Shown: one piece after another, positions 1-12,679 of the stretch
How the letters are laid out: each line of letters starts with the position of its first letter
How positions within the stretch are numbered: position 1 is the first letter of the stretch
Source: Podospora anserina
Lineage: Eukaryota
NCBI GenBank assembly: GCA_017654855.1
Contig: CM030337.1
Coordinates: forward strand, 3,286,001-3,350,000
Direction: 5' to 3'
DNA length: 64,000 nucleotides
Position numbers and translations under genes: made by a program
The notes under the pieces: generated by a model
Seen by the model: only the letters and a program-made list of their open reading frames with translations
Databases searched by the model: none
What the model was told of the DNA's origin: nothing

Positions 1-1372
1 GCTTCTGCCAAACGTCGACACGGGTCGCGGCAAAAACCGCGGTGTATCGGCAAACCCGCTTACCCTCGAGCCAGGGTCGCCGTCCATCCGTTGTGACTCG
101 GCTCGGGCATACTGGTACCCCGTTGAGGATAGGCCGAACCTGAAAATTATCAAGGGCACGGCTCGGCGTCTGGTCTGGAGGAAGAACAACAAACCCTGCT
201 CTAAGAAAGCAAATACCGCCACAGGCGTCGAGTACTTGGATGAGGATGGACAGGCCGTCGTCCTCTCCGCCACCAAGGAGGTCATCCTTTCGGCGGGGTC
301 ACTCAGAACCCCGCTTGTCTTGGAAAGCTCGGGGGTTGGGAATCAAGGGTGGGTGAAACATTCCACAGCCTCCACCTCGGCGGGCAAGACACGGAAAACA
401 CTTTGATAAAACTAACGAGACGTAGAATCTTAAAAAGACTCGGAATACCCGTTGTAGTCAGTCTTCCAGGGGTCGGTGAGAATTTCCAGGACCAGGGAAA
501 CAATATCGTCTTCTACAACACCACGGCAAACGCCACGGGCGCCGTCGTCTCGCAGACCTGGGCCAGCCCGGCCGACGTATTCGGCAGCGACCTCGCCGAC
601 ATTGCCAACAGTACCCGCAACGAGCTGCCGCGCTGGGCCGACCTGATTGTCTCGGCATCGGGTGACGCCGGCGCACTGCTGAACAGGAGCGCCGTCGAGG
701 CGGTTCTGCGGGCGCAGCACGACCTAGTGTTTGGGGACTCGGAGGGTGCGACGACGCTGGTTGAGTTTGTCACCACGGCTTTTGGCAACGGCATGTTGAT
801 GTCGCAGCACTGGACACTGTTCCCCTTCTCGCGCGGCAGTGTCCACCTCGCCTCGGCGGACGTGTCCAAGATCAACGAGCCTAGGATCGACCCACGGTTC
901 AACCTCGTCGATTTTGACATCACGGCCCAGACCCAGGCCGCCAAGTTGGCCGCGCGGCTGGGGAAGACGGATGCACTAGGCCCGCTTGTGTCGGGGCGCA
1001 TCCGCCCGAGCCTGGACATCCTGCCAGAGAACGCGACTGACGCCCAGTGGAGAGAGTTTATCAAAACCACCTGTGAGCTCACCTAACCCCCCACAGCCAA
1101 CAACGGGAAAAAATAGCGGCTAGCTAACTCTTTGGAAACATCCAAACACAGTGGATGTCGACCACCACATCGTTGGAACGGCGGCCATGATGTCCAGGGA
1201 CCTTGGTGGTGTGGTGGACCCAGAACTGAGGGTGTACGGGACGGCCAACGTGCGCGTCGTCGACATGTCCGTCATCCCGCTCCACTTCAGCGGGCACCCC
1301 GTCGCCACGCTGTACGCCGTCGCAGAGCGGGCCGCAGACATCATCAGACGCTCGCCGCTCTATGCGGCGTAG
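1..1372 (+). CDS. GMC oxidoreductase (AA3_2, glucose/aryl-alcohol oxidase-like), 5'-truncated by the window; introns ~349-425 and ~1073-1151
   Basis: Spliced translation gives RCDSARAY..RPNL, KEVILSAGSLRTPLVLESSGVG, LPGVGENFQDQ, PFSRGSVH, HHIVGTAAM, GVVDPELRVYGTANVRVVDMS and GHPVATLYAVAERAAD. Confidence 0.93.
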
Positions 1373-1779
1373 CCGCGTGGCTTGACAAATAATTGTGGAC
1401 GGTGGAAAACAGCGCAGGCCGTGTGGCTTTATCAGGTTACACTGTACCTCATAGCTACCAACATCTAGGTATTTGGCTTAGCTAAAAGATTAGGGCATGG
1501 CTAGAGCTGGTGCACCCGTGTAAATAATAATGTTGAGCTGCGGCCGAGCACGAGTTGATGTTTAAACGTTGATTCATTGCCACATTACACTCTAACGCTA
1601 GTTCAATTATTCTCAAAATAGGGATCCAAAGGTGAAAGTCGAAAATATCACTAAGGTTAACGATCAAGCAAATGAAACCGAAACAAAATATATTTAAATA
1701 ATACTCGTAGTAATATCCTTATTTTCATCTTTCTTTTCGTCGTGAATCGAGTGTGGATATTCAATGATGTATGCCTATA

Positions 1780-2287
1780 TGTTACAACCTGCACCGGGAA
1801 TGGATACAGACTGCAAGGCAGTACGCCAGAGGTGAATATGACAGGAAATCGAAGGTTGTGACAAGCGTCTCAGACAAGGGGTTCACTGTCAACAACAGGT
1901 CGTTCTACAAAGAACTACTTGAGAGTAGATTGTAGACAAATGAACTTGATTGCTTGCGTGAGGAATCAGATTCCTCGACACGGAGAGCGCTGGGCGCTCC
2001 CTCCTATTTATGTGCAGCTATCTACATATATTTCTAAAATATTTTTATACTTTGCTCAGTATGCTTAGTGGTCTTGGCGGCTGAGCAGACTAAGCAATCT
2101 TTCATAATCGATATACTCAGTGTGCTCAGTAGTCTTGGCCACTGATCAGACTGAGCACCTCCTGATTGGTCACATGGGGACTTTGTGGGTCTTCCCATCC
2201 CTGGCCCAATGATTGGCTGAGGTGTCCCAGCACCTCGGGAACCACCCAGTGGTTCCTTCACGGGGTTATTATGCTTGGGGCGTAACA
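1780..2287. mobile_element. Solo LTR (508 bp) of an LTR retrotransposon
   Basis: Termini TGTTAC...GTAACA form a perfect 6-bp inverted repeat. Flanked by the 5-bp direct repeat CTATA (1775-1779 and 2288-2292). Internal CTGATCAG/CTGAGCA repeats. Confidence 0.85.
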
Positions 2288-2783
2288 CTATATTAGGTGG
2301 TTATTACGGTAGGGAGTCGCTAGCCCTGGCCAAGGTACCTCAGCGCTGTTTTCTTAGCTCGGTGTATGTATTGGTTTCCACGGTAAATCTTATAAAGTCA
2401 CTACTTATTTTAACAAGGGATTTTCCCTATCAGCGACTTTCCAATAATCGTCTTTAAGGTTTGAAACTGTGGAAAACAAAGTAAAAAATAGGGTACTTTT
2501 TACGAAGTCACGATTACTGCCCTTATAAATAGCCCTTTTTCACCTTTTTACCGTTGCATGGTGTACTTGTTAAATGTGGTTTTATAATTGGCCTAGGGCT
2601 TATTTTAACAAATTTAATGACTTTTATTGTAAATATTCGTTGTATTTAATAGTGCTTATGTTTCCAATATCTATCCTGGAAACTCAGCCGCTCGGGCTCT
2701 TGGTTTTTATTTCACCTTATTTCTTGTTGCAAGTAAGAAGAATTCGTACTCGTCTATAGTTCCCTTGTGTCTGTTTAACCCCC

Positions 2784-4817
2784 TTAGTCCCCCCGGCTCC
2801 GCACTCGCTGCGCTTTCCCAAGGCTTTCCCGCAGCGACGCGACGACTCCCATGCTGTCACGGCCAGCGTTGGCATTTCCGTCAGCATCGGCATCGGCACC
2901 TTCCATGACGGCTTCTAGCAGTGTCGCCACCTCCCGCCCGGCGAGGAGCCCCTGCCCTCCTCCACCAATGTCCCTGTGCTGTTGCTGAGCCTGCTGGTGG
3001 TGACTTGCGGACACGCAGTACTGGCCGGGCAGGCCCAGCGCGCGCTCAATCTGCTCGAACTGATGCTCCACCACCTCCACCAACAGCCGCATCCGCAGTC
3101 CTGAGTTCAACAGCACCGAGTACCCCGCCAGGACCAGGCTGTGCACCATTGGCGCACGACCATGAGTGGCGGACTGGGCCTGTTGTGTGTAATGGTTGTG
3201 TGAGTGTCGCTGCTGCCGCGATGTGGGTGTCACGTTTGTCCCGGCGGGGATGGGGCCAGTATTATTGGTCCCCAGGGGCTGTGTAGAAGGCGACGGTGAC
3301 GGTGGTGGCAAGGCGAGCTTGAAGAGGAGGTGTGAGAATATGTCGTTGTAGATGGTGACCACTTGAAGATAGCACGAGACCACGGTCAGCAGTTGGGCGG
3401 CGGTGATGGTCGTCTGGCCGGTCGGCATCCCCGGTACGGAGGAGGAGGTAGGCCATGACTTCCTTCTGTTTGAGCCCGAAGACGAGGAGGAGGAGGAGCA
3501 GGGGGGAGAGAAGGGGAATGGAAGCGACGATATGGCACTGTTCGGCCTCCACGTTCGCTTGGCTGCGCTTTGGATGCTACGGCTCTCGTTTGCCTCGTGC
3601 ATGGAGAGCACCCGTCTCTTCGACCCCGAGCGGCTTGCTGAACTTGCGGCCACTGATGTCGCCGTGGAGGCTTCGTCGGACCCTCCACTGCTCTCGGGTG
3701 CCATGAACATTTTGCAAATATCGAGTAAGTTCTCCGTGCTGACGAGGATGGAAAACAGCGGATTGAAGGTGTGTTCATCGTTAGCGAGCGCCTCCGTTTC
3801 AAGTAGATTGAGTTCGCCCGAGTTCGCGATCGAGCCTGTCACGCTTAGCACTCCTAGGTCCCAGGGTTCCGTATTGAGCCGGACCAGCTGTACCGACAGG
3901 GATTCGAGGAGCCGCGCAAGCAAAACTCCCGGGGAATGTTGAACCGCCGGGTTCGGGGTCTGAGAGGGCATGCAAGCTTGATCTTCATCAACCGAAATAT
4001 CAACAGCACCTTCGGGCTCGTCGTCTAGCTCCCCTTGAAAATGGAACTCGGACGGCGACGAGGTGGAGTTGAAGGTTGGAATGGGCGGCAGGGCTTGCGT
4101 GACGGGGCGGAAGCGGGATAGTGAAGCTGCCCGGGGGCTCATGTGGACGTCTAGGGGAACGCTGGCGACGGAATCGAATCCACTCGAACCCTTGTCGACT
4201 AGAAAGTCGAAGAAGTCGATGGGCTGGTACTGCTCGGATGGCGTCAGCATAAACATGCCGCCATCGTCAAAGACTCCAGCCTCTTCATTTTGGTCTTCGT
4301 CCTGGTTAAAGGGCCACCCCATTCCCATCCCCATTGACACGGGCGAGGTCTGTTCCGGCTCAAGCGAGACATCCCCGCTCGCCCGGCGCCGGGTCACTGT
4401 CGCTTTCCTCCTGTCGGATGTCGATGTGTTCGCCGGGGGTGCCGCATCCGACCCTACCTCAGTCGAGGACGCAGACGGCGCTGGCGCCGGAGGTAGTCTG
4501 CCAGAACCTCTCCCGGGAGGCTTGGCTGAGCTGGTGAAACACGGACATCGGATGCGCAGGCACCGTGTGCAGGGCCTCGAGGTGTCGTTTTCCTTGGCGC
4601 GCACGCACCTTAACTTCTGCGTGCGACAGCGGTCGCAGGCCGATCGTCGCCAGGACGGGTTTATGCGCATCTCCAGAGACTGTGGCGGCTGCCTTTGCCA
4701 TCCTGGTGCCGGCGAAGGTGACACAGCACCTGGTGTTAGCCGGGAGGGCTGCATGCTGTCGGCGTTACTGAGCGGCTGACAGAGCTGGGCTGCTGATGCT
4801 GGCTGTGCCGCCTGCAT
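2784..4817 (-). CDS. Zn(II)2Cys6 transcription factor, cluster-regulator type
   Basis: [14 protein letters not shown]9[12 protein letters not shown] binuclear cluster near the N-terminus of a 677-aa ORF; low-complexity middle region. Confidence 0.92.
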   Translation of the reverse strand: MQAAQPASAAQLCQPLSNADSMQPSRLTPGAVSPSPAPGWQRQPPQSLEMRINPSWRRSACDRCRTQKLRCVRAKENDTSRPCTRCLRIRCPCFTSSAKPPGRGSGRLPPAPAPSASSTEVGSDAAPPANTSTSDRRKATVTRRRASGDVSLEPEQTSPVSMGMGMGWPFNQDEDQNEEAGVFDDGGMFMLTPSEQYQPIDFFDFLVDKGSSGFDSVASVPLDVHMSPRAASLSRFRPVTQALPPIPTFNSTSSPSEFHFQGELDDEPEGAVDISVDEDQACMPSQTPNPAVQHSPGVLLARLLESLSVQLVRLNTEPWDLGVLSVTGSIANSGELNLLETEALANDEHTFNPLFSILVSTENLLDICKMFMAPESSGGSDEASTATSVAASSASRSGSKRRVLSMHEANESRSIQSAAKRTWRPNSAISSLPFPFSPPCSSSSSSSGSNRRKSWPTSSSVPGMPTGQTTITAAQLLTVVSCYLQVVTIYNDIFSHLLFKLALPPPSPSPSTQPLGTNNTGPIPAGTNVTPTSRQQRHSHNHYTQQAQSATHGRAPMVHSLVLAGYSVLLNSGLRMRLLVEVVEHQFEQIERALGLPGQYCVSASHHQQAQQQHRDIGGGGQGLLAGREVATLLEAVMEGADADADGNANAGRDSMGVVASLRESLGKAQRVRSRGD

Positions 4818-4981
4818 GAAGAGTGGTGAGACAAAATAGGGTCCAGGATTATGACATCAAGGTAAGTAGCCACGCGCTGGGAGTCGATTCTAACGGAACG
4901 GATAAGTAGGTAGCGAAGGTTCTAGGTTGTTGTAGCGGGAAGAGTGGCTTATATGTTTTTGGACCTATTTGTTCGTACTGA

Positions 4982-5017
4982 AAGGAGCGACTGTGCCATT
5001 GAAGGAGCGACTGTGCC
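4982..5017. repeat. Tandem duplication AAGGAGCGACTGTGCC x2 (period 20) upstream of the Zn2Cys6 gene
   Basis: Identical 16-mers at 4982-4997 and 5002-5017. Confidence 0.85.
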
Positions 5018-5426
5018 GTCCGAAGGGTAACACGCGGGGTAAATCCAGTAATCTGATCGGCCGGGATCTCAGCAAAGCTTTCCTAGCTGGACCAGGATTG
5101 CATTTAACCCTACCTCGGACATCGGACTCGAGCGTCGCTTTGTCATTGCAGGAACATAATTAGTACGCTAAAGGCTGCTGCACAAAGCTTCTGCATCGGT
5201 TTCTCGATACGTTCTCGACTAGCTGCCGGGGCCTCATCTAGGTTGCATTGGTGGCGAGGGTATTCCGTACCTACACTAATCATGTCCTTCCATATTGTTG
5301 TCTATGGCCTCGGCAGTACATATGGGTGTCAAGTGATAGAGTAACTGCTTACCGAAGGCAAGAAACATTGATACCACGAAAGGTTGCCTAGCCCCCAGCC
5401 TTGCAGCAAGTGTTGTAGCATCTACT

Positions 5427-6245
5427 CTACACGTGTGGCATCGAATCTCTTAACTCATGAAAGGCCATGCGGTCAGTCTTGGCTGAGTTGGACAACTGGT
5501 ACAGAGTCTTATTGGCTAGACTACTAAATGAAGCATTGTTCATCTTCAATGTTGTTTGGTAAGGCCCACGAGCCATCCTCAGGAAACAGTGTGTGCTTAT
5601 ACTGAATCCCATATTACCAAAAGAAAACGTTCACTACTTTTTTTTAGATCATGTACCCTATGGAATCTCAAACCTCTAAGAGTTTCAGGGGCGCCGGTCG
5701 CCATCCCCCCTATAGTGTAATGTGGCAGTCGTAATCTTGACATCATTGCAAGGTCTCCAGAACTTCCAGCGATTGGAGGAAAATGAAGTGTCAATTAGGA
5801 AGGCGGTTAGCACTTCATTTGGTCGTTGGACCAAAAGGTTCCAGACCCAGCCTACGTCCCAATGAATACTGCAGTCCGCTCCATCTGCCTGGCTCAAACC
5901 GGGGATGAAACTTTTGATCTCGACGCGCGAATCACCCCTTACTGCTTTGAACAGGCGGTGTGCACTGTTATTGTTAATATTCGATAACGGGCTCCGCACC
6001 TAACGGCCCCTGAAGAGTCTTGATAAGCAGCACCAAAACCGCTTACAGAGCCTATTGAATCATGCAGAATCGCACAAGACCCGTTGGTTACGCTCAGAGT
6101 CGCACAAGACCCGTTGGTCCAAGACCCGTTGGTCCCGCTCAGAGTCGCAGAAAACACTTTGGTCTTGCTCAGTGCCGCATAGCTCCCTTTTGCCATCGCC
6201 AGCAGAGCTTCATCCAGATGAGCTCCCCTCTCGACTTTTCCAATC
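5427..6245 (-). pseudogene. Probable degenerate gene relic with an internal ~30-nt tandem repeat
   Basis: ORFs 5685-5999 and 5427-5612 and the upstream sequence lie in one minus frame broken by several stops. Repeats TCGCACAAGACCCGTTGGT at ~6070-6150 translate as CDSERDQRVL-like units. Confidence 0.35.
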
Positions 6246-6663
6246 ATTAGAATGCGGCTCTACGCTATTGTGACTCTAGTCTCCAAGCTTGCTGAGTAGA
6301 TATAACATGGAAACTGTCACGGTACGGTGTAAATAAAAGAGAAATACTGCGGCAATTACTACCGAGTTGTGTTGTATTGTTGGTGGGGAACTAAACTAGA
6401 ATGCAGTGACCGAATTGGTGGTTTTGTGCGCGGGGTGGTCGTCACACGCAAACCAGCTAGTCACGTGACTTGGCTTATGTAAGCCCCCACAAGCCATTGA
6501 GAGGTCTTGGCAGTCTGTGCCGTAACAGAAACCCCCAAAAAACAATAATGCAACACATGGTTCCACCACCACTTATTCTGACACTTCCTCACGTTGCTCG
6601 TCACTCCGCGTGCATGATCTCTGAGCGGCGAATCAAGACCATCAACAACCCTCCTCTGTCGTC

Positions 6664-7709
6664 ATGTCGTGCATCAACATCATTTACGGGGCCGGAGGAG
6701 GGAGTTGGCGACGTAAAGTTGACGGCCCCAAAGTCCTCGACTTGCTCGAAGAATTTGGCGTTAACAAAATCGACACGGCGCGCATCTACGGGTCCAGCGA
6801 GGAGCTTCTCGGGAGAAGAGGCGCCACAGCCAGATTCTCCATCGACACCAAACATCCTGGCGGCTTTGGCAACAACACCTCTGCTACCAAGGACAACATT
6901 TTATCAGTGGCCAAGACGAGTTTCCACATGCTGCAAACAGACCAAGTAAGACGGGGTGGGTGCAGGTGCCACTTGCCACACCGACGAGGGACTGATAGAA
7001 CCCCCCTCCCCTCCAGGTAGATGTTTATTACCTCCACGCCCCCGATCGCAACACCCCGTTCGAGGAAACCCTCGATGGAATCAACGAGCTGTTCCTCCAA
7101 GGCGGTTTCAAGCGCTTCGGCCTCTCCAACTTCCTACCAATCGAAGTCGAGGAAGTGGTCCGCATCGCCAAAGCCAGGGGTTTCGTGCTGCCCACGGTCT
7201 ACCAGGGCAACTACTCGCTCATCGCCCGGAAGCAGGAGGCCCACCTCTTCCCCGTGCTGCGGAAGCACGGCATGTCTTTCAACGCGTACTCCCCACTTGC
7301 CGGTGGGTTTTTGACCAAATCCCCGAGGGACTTTGATGATGGCCCCGTGGGCCGGTTCGATCCGAGCAACCCCATCGGTGGGCTGTATGTGACATTGTAC
7401 AAGAAGCCCGCGTTCCTCGCGGCGTTGGACTACTGGGATAGGATCAGCACGGAAAGCGGGATTCCAAAGGCCGAGTTGGCCTACCGGTGGGTGGCATACC
7501 ATAGCGCGCTGCAGGCCGGGAGGGGAGATGGGATGGTCATCGGGGCGAGGACGCTGGAGCAACTGCGCCAGACTCTTGTTGCGCTTGGGAAAGGTCCGCT
7601 GTCGGGAAATGTGGTAAAAAGGATTGACAAGGTCTGGGATATGGTTGAGGCGGAGGCTGGGGTTGACAACTTCAACTTGAACAATACCAAGATAGCTTCT
7701 GTTTTGTGA
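6664..7709 (+). CDS. Aldo-keto reductase (aflatoxin B1 aldehyde reductase/AKR7-like); intron 6946-7016
   Basis: IDTARIY, SEELLG, IDTK, DVYYLHAPD, FGLSNF, PTVYQGNYS, AYSPLAGGFLT; GTAAGA..CTGAT..CAG intron. Confidence 0.93.
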
Positions 7710-8971
7710 TTGTCACCAATTATTTGATTGACATCGGGTCTTTAGTTGGTTCTCACAAAACTAGCTCCCCTTTTACCTGCTTGTTTTGTAAGAGTTTTAT
7801 TACCAATGCTACCTTGAAACCACCCCCATCCATGGTGTGTCGACTATGATCACTGGACGCCCTTTCTACACGTTTAATTTCATTTAATCATTCACTCGTG
7901 GGTAGGTATTTTGTGTTACAATGTGGAACTTGTCATAGACCCACCATACGCTTCCCCGCGCTGTGGCAATTCCACAGTAAAATCCCTACTCCACACCTAG
8001 GTGCTCTATACTATAGGAATGCACAAAGTTTGGCGTGGGTGTGCAATCAGTTGCGGCCGCACAGTCTATGGAAATGAGGATTGTGGGTCTAATACTACAA
8101 GCTGCTTACCTACCTAATTTTAGAGGAATCACACAGCGACCACGACTGCCCCGTCCCTCCAGCGTGTTCGGTGTGCGGAGCAATTTAGAGCAAGCAAGTT
8201 AGAGGGGCCCCGATACAAGCTTTTCACCTTCTGCTTCCGGACCATGCACCTAGGTAGGTAAGTAGGTAGGTATCAAGGCGACAGGATCCGAGTTGTATCG
8301 TCTCCTCCAGGCCGCATCTTGACATGAGTGTAACTTCCAGATAACTGGAAGTCTCCCACTTGGTTACCTACCCAAGGAGGTAACCGGGCAGTTAGGCGGC
8401 CGGGCCTGCAGCATAGGTAAGCAACTCCGTGGGAGGCTACGCGTTTCATCTTTAATCCCGTCTGCGATAATAGTGGAAGAGTCATAATTCTTTGTTCATT
8501 ATCAGGGGGGGGGGGTCTAATAAGACATACCCCAAAGGTCTTCAAGGACACCCAATGATTCGGTACTTGTAAAATGGAACTTTGGGAAAAGACTCATACA
8601 ACATCTTTCATTTGTACTGTAAATACTCTCCCATTTAATTGTCCCACCCACTTTTCACGAACATCTTCCCCGACACTCTCCATTTTGCCAGCCTCATTGT
8701 TGTCTAAAGGCAAATTTCACTCTGTGACCAGTATGTGACCTTCCCGCTTGAGCAAAATCCAAACTAGTAATTGTTCCCCTTGAGTGGTGGTGATCAATCA
8801 GGTTCTAAGCTTTGTCAAGGCAAGACGGGGCCTGGATCGTCGAAAGGGCCTCTTCAAGCATCATCATGATTATCATATAATAAACATTGGATAGCCGGTC
8901 CCCCTGCGTTGAGAACCCACTAATTATCCCTCCGGACGTATCCTCAGCCAGACTCATTATTGTTGGAACCT

Positions 8972-10679
8972 CTAAGCAGGCTTTGCAAGCGTGAGTGCAA
9001 CCAGCACGCCGTTAGCCGGCCGTACCGTCAAGTGCAATTCCTCCTGCCACGGCGTGGGGTCCCTGCTCTCGATGTGGCTGAACTCTTGGGCAAAGCGGAC
9101 AAGCACAACGAGCATCTCGGTCAGCGCGTACTGCTGGCCGAGGCAGATGCGTGGCCCGCCATTGAAGGGGAGGTATTGCTTGTTTGGACTTGTCAGTTAC
9201 TTCATCTCTACTTATGCTCGTGCAGAATCCTGACTCCAACTCACCCAGCTGTAAATCTGGCCTTCCCATCGCTCGGGCCGGAACTCGCCGGCGTCGGCGC
9301 CAAAGAAGTCGGTTCGCCGGTGCATGGCATACACGGAGTAGTTGACGAGACCACCCTTGGGCACGTAGACGGGGTCGTCTCCGTTGGGCCCGCCGCCGCG
9401 TGGGAGCACAGTTTCGCGGACGGCAAGGCGGCTGTTTAGTGGGACGGCTGGCCAAAGACGAAGGGCTTTGATGGTGTTAGCAGTGCTCATCAAGGGGCAA
9501 GTTTACAAGGTAATGCAGCAAGCAACGGGTCCGGCGGCTCTTACCTTCGTTGATGCAATACTTTGCATACTTGAGGTTGCGCAGCTGATCGTAGCGCGGC
9601 AGTTTCCCTTCAAACTGGGCGACCTCGGCTCGCACTTTGGCCCATATCTCGGGACGTTGAGACAGAACGCGCAAGAGACTCCCGAGAAGGCTTGCCACCG
9701 TATCCCGACCAGCGATCAGGATGTTAAGGAGCTCGTCGCGGACCTTGTCCTTGTTGTTGGTGCTCTCGACGAGCTCCTTGAGGAAGTAGGTCCTGTTGTC
9801 CGTCTTCTTCCCCCCTTGCTTCAGCGCCCATGCCTCGTCGACGAAACGGTCCACATAGGCACGACACAACTTATGCGCATCCGTGATCTCGCGGCTCTGG
9901 CGGCGGAGCCAGCGGAAAGGCCCCAATCGGAGTACGAGGCCCATCTCGTCGAGCGAGAGCTGGAAGGCGTCCCCGAATGCGTGTTCGGCGGGCCGCGCGT
10001 GCTCGAGCGAGAGCGTGCGCGTCGACTTGTTGAAGAGGAACTCGGTGGCCGTGTCCAGCGTCAGCCGCATGAAGAGCGGCTGCAGGTCAACGGCGGACCC
10101 GGCCGCCGCGTGCGGGCGCAGCAGCGCCATCAGGTCGCCAAAGTGCCGGTCAATCATGCCCAGGTCGGCGACGTGGTCCTTGGCAAAGTTGGGGCGCAAG
10201 AGGGCGCGGCTGTGCGCCCACTCGTCGCCGTCCGTCACAAAGATGCCGCGTCCCAGCAGCGGCCCCATGATCTCAACCCGTTCCGACAGGCTGTAGTCAT
10301 GGAAGCGCGATGCTAGTATCGTTTTGATGTTTTCCGGGTCGATCGTGTTGACGTATTGCACGCCCCGCATCCGGAGGGTGAAGGTCGGGCCCAAATCGGC
10401 GTAGTACTTTCTCCAGAGATCAAGGTATGTCTTCTGGCGGAAGTGCCGGAAGCCCTCGAGTATGAAGTCCAGAGCGAAGAAGGGGTCCTTCTGAGGCCAT
10501 GCTGGTGCTGGTTTACAATTGTTTTCCGCGATGAACCTCTGCGACGATGAACGGGAACGTAGGAAACGGAAGAAGGCAACAACGAGCACAACCACGGAAG
10601 AGCTCAACAGGGCTGCCGTGATGACGCTCGCCGAGGACTTGTCCCTGAACAAGGGATTTGTGATGTCTTGGACGCCCAT
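8972..10679 (-). CDS. Cytochrome P450, CYP52-like; two introns (~9470-9545, ~9180-9245)
   Basis: N-terminal TM anchor, [36 protein letters not shown] across an intron, [21 protein letters not shown] heme motif. Confidence 0.95.
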
Positions 10680-11049
10680 TTTCGTGGTATAGTGTATCGA
10701 AACGATGAGTCAATGACGCAAGGCACGAAACGGAATGTGTTTATTGAGCCGAGAGTTTGAGTAGCAGACGTTGGAGCAAGATGTTGGGGGGGGGGGAGCA
10801 AGGACAAGCGGCACAGGTCTTTCAACTGGCGGGGGCGGGGCATCGGCATGATTCTTTTTGCGACGGCGACGGCGCACAGAAGGCCGTCGACATGAGATGC
10901 AAATTGCTGTACCTCTCCCGTGTCTCTGGAGCCCCCGGTAAGTTTTGCGAGATCGAGGGTGTTGATCGGCCAGCACGCCGGAAACGGGACTCTGATTCAC
11001 TGAACTGAAAAGGTCCGGCTGCCGCGCGGCTGACTGGCTAATCGACGAC

Positions 11050-11120
11050 ATAGCCGACTCCGCTCCGGCTCCGACTCCGAATCCGAATCCGACTCTGCAT
11101 CCGAGTCTGCATCTGACTCA
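11050..11120. repeat. Degenerate hexamer repeat (TCCGAC/TCCGAA/TCTGCA) upstream of the P450
   Basis: ccgactccgctccggctccgactccgaatccgaatccgactctgcatccgagtctgcatctgactc. Confidence 0.7.
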
Positions 11121-12679
11121 TTGGGATTATTCGTTTTTGTACTTCGCCTTTCTGACTTTCTTTCTCCTCAGGGGTGCCACCACTTTGCACTTCTGGTAGC
11201 CAATAGGCTTTGGTCACGAGCATGTCTTCAATTATGCTTGCTTGGGGCAAAGGCCATGGATACAACAAAACTTAATGTAGTGATAGTAGAGCGTTGTACC
11301 GTACGTCAGGTTTGTTATGATGTTGGTGTGGGAAGCTCCTTTGTCTCAAGCAGGGTCACGGTCCTCGCGGTCCCAGGCAAGACACCGGTTTGGTTGGCTG
11401 ATCAAAGAGTTGCAATCCATGTTGTGCATAACACAGTGCACCATTTGCCATTCCTTTCTCCATTACTGCGCCAAGTCGGCAAATGAATAACAGCCTCGTC
11501 AAGGAGCCGCGCCGGGTGTTGATTTGCGTGCCGGCTCTGCACGCAGATACGCTCTCATACTGCAACTGCAACCGGCCTCATTTGTGACAAATCATGTTCT
11601 GGGGTCTAATAGACGTGACCATGGCGTTGCTGCCCTGTGTTTGTTGTAATTATGCTTTTCAATCCTGCCAGGTCCAGATTTCTCAAGACACGTCTCCTCA
11701 AGCTTTCGTTATCGTAGCGATTGCACTGTACGGCTTGACCAAACTTGCGATATTAATTTTCAAATTATCGCCGAAATATCTCGTTCAGCTCTCCAAAAAC
11801 CCCTTCCAGATCCAAGTCAAAATTGCCAGTACTAAGACTGCACTATACACACACATAGTATCCAGCCGACAGACACCATCAAGGGCTTCAGAGGGTATGG
11901 CCACAGCTTCGAGAAAGCTTACACCAAGAAGCAGAACCGAAGTACAGCACATCACAGGATTGTTGGCTATGACTTGGGCGGCACGAGAATGATGTGTACG
12001 TCGATAACAGAAGCCCAACGGGCTGAGCCACAATTTATCGATTGCGATGAAAGGACTATCCATTTCCGAGTGGGGTTACTTTGTCGACAAGCACACCGAA
12101 GTGGAACAAGCTGGAAGAGGTCAAAGGTGGTGTCCTTTACACTTCGAAGTCCAATCAATTGCCTTCTTGATCTTGATCGTGCTTCACTCGCTGGATGGTG
12201 CTTCCTGCGGGCGATAGATTTCCAGGCTCCATGCACATAACTCGAATACACGGAATACCTTTACTAGGCTATGATCCCGTTGTATCTCAACTGTATTTAG
12301 AATGGTAGTAACGTTATGAAATTGTCCTCCTATACGTGGACAGCCCCTGCCGTACCCGCCCCTAAGGAAGTTTTTATGTGATTCGGCACGGCTAGCAAGG
12401 TGCACCAATCAGTGATACTTGCTCGCCAACTGAAGGCAAAAGGGTAATAGTATATAGAAGTGGATATCACGAAGTCTTGGGTCCGCCTACCTAACCTCAA
12501 CTAACAGCGCCCGTCAACCGAGTGGTGACGCAATTCGGCTGGTTTTCATCCAGTCTTCCATGTGAATTACGCGATATTTGTTTCTGTGCGTGAGAGAAAA
12601 CCAGATCGCAATTGCAACGCGTTCGCAGATACGCGGATATGTAGGGCTGGTGACCTAGGAAAGTCACTGGCTGCGAAAA

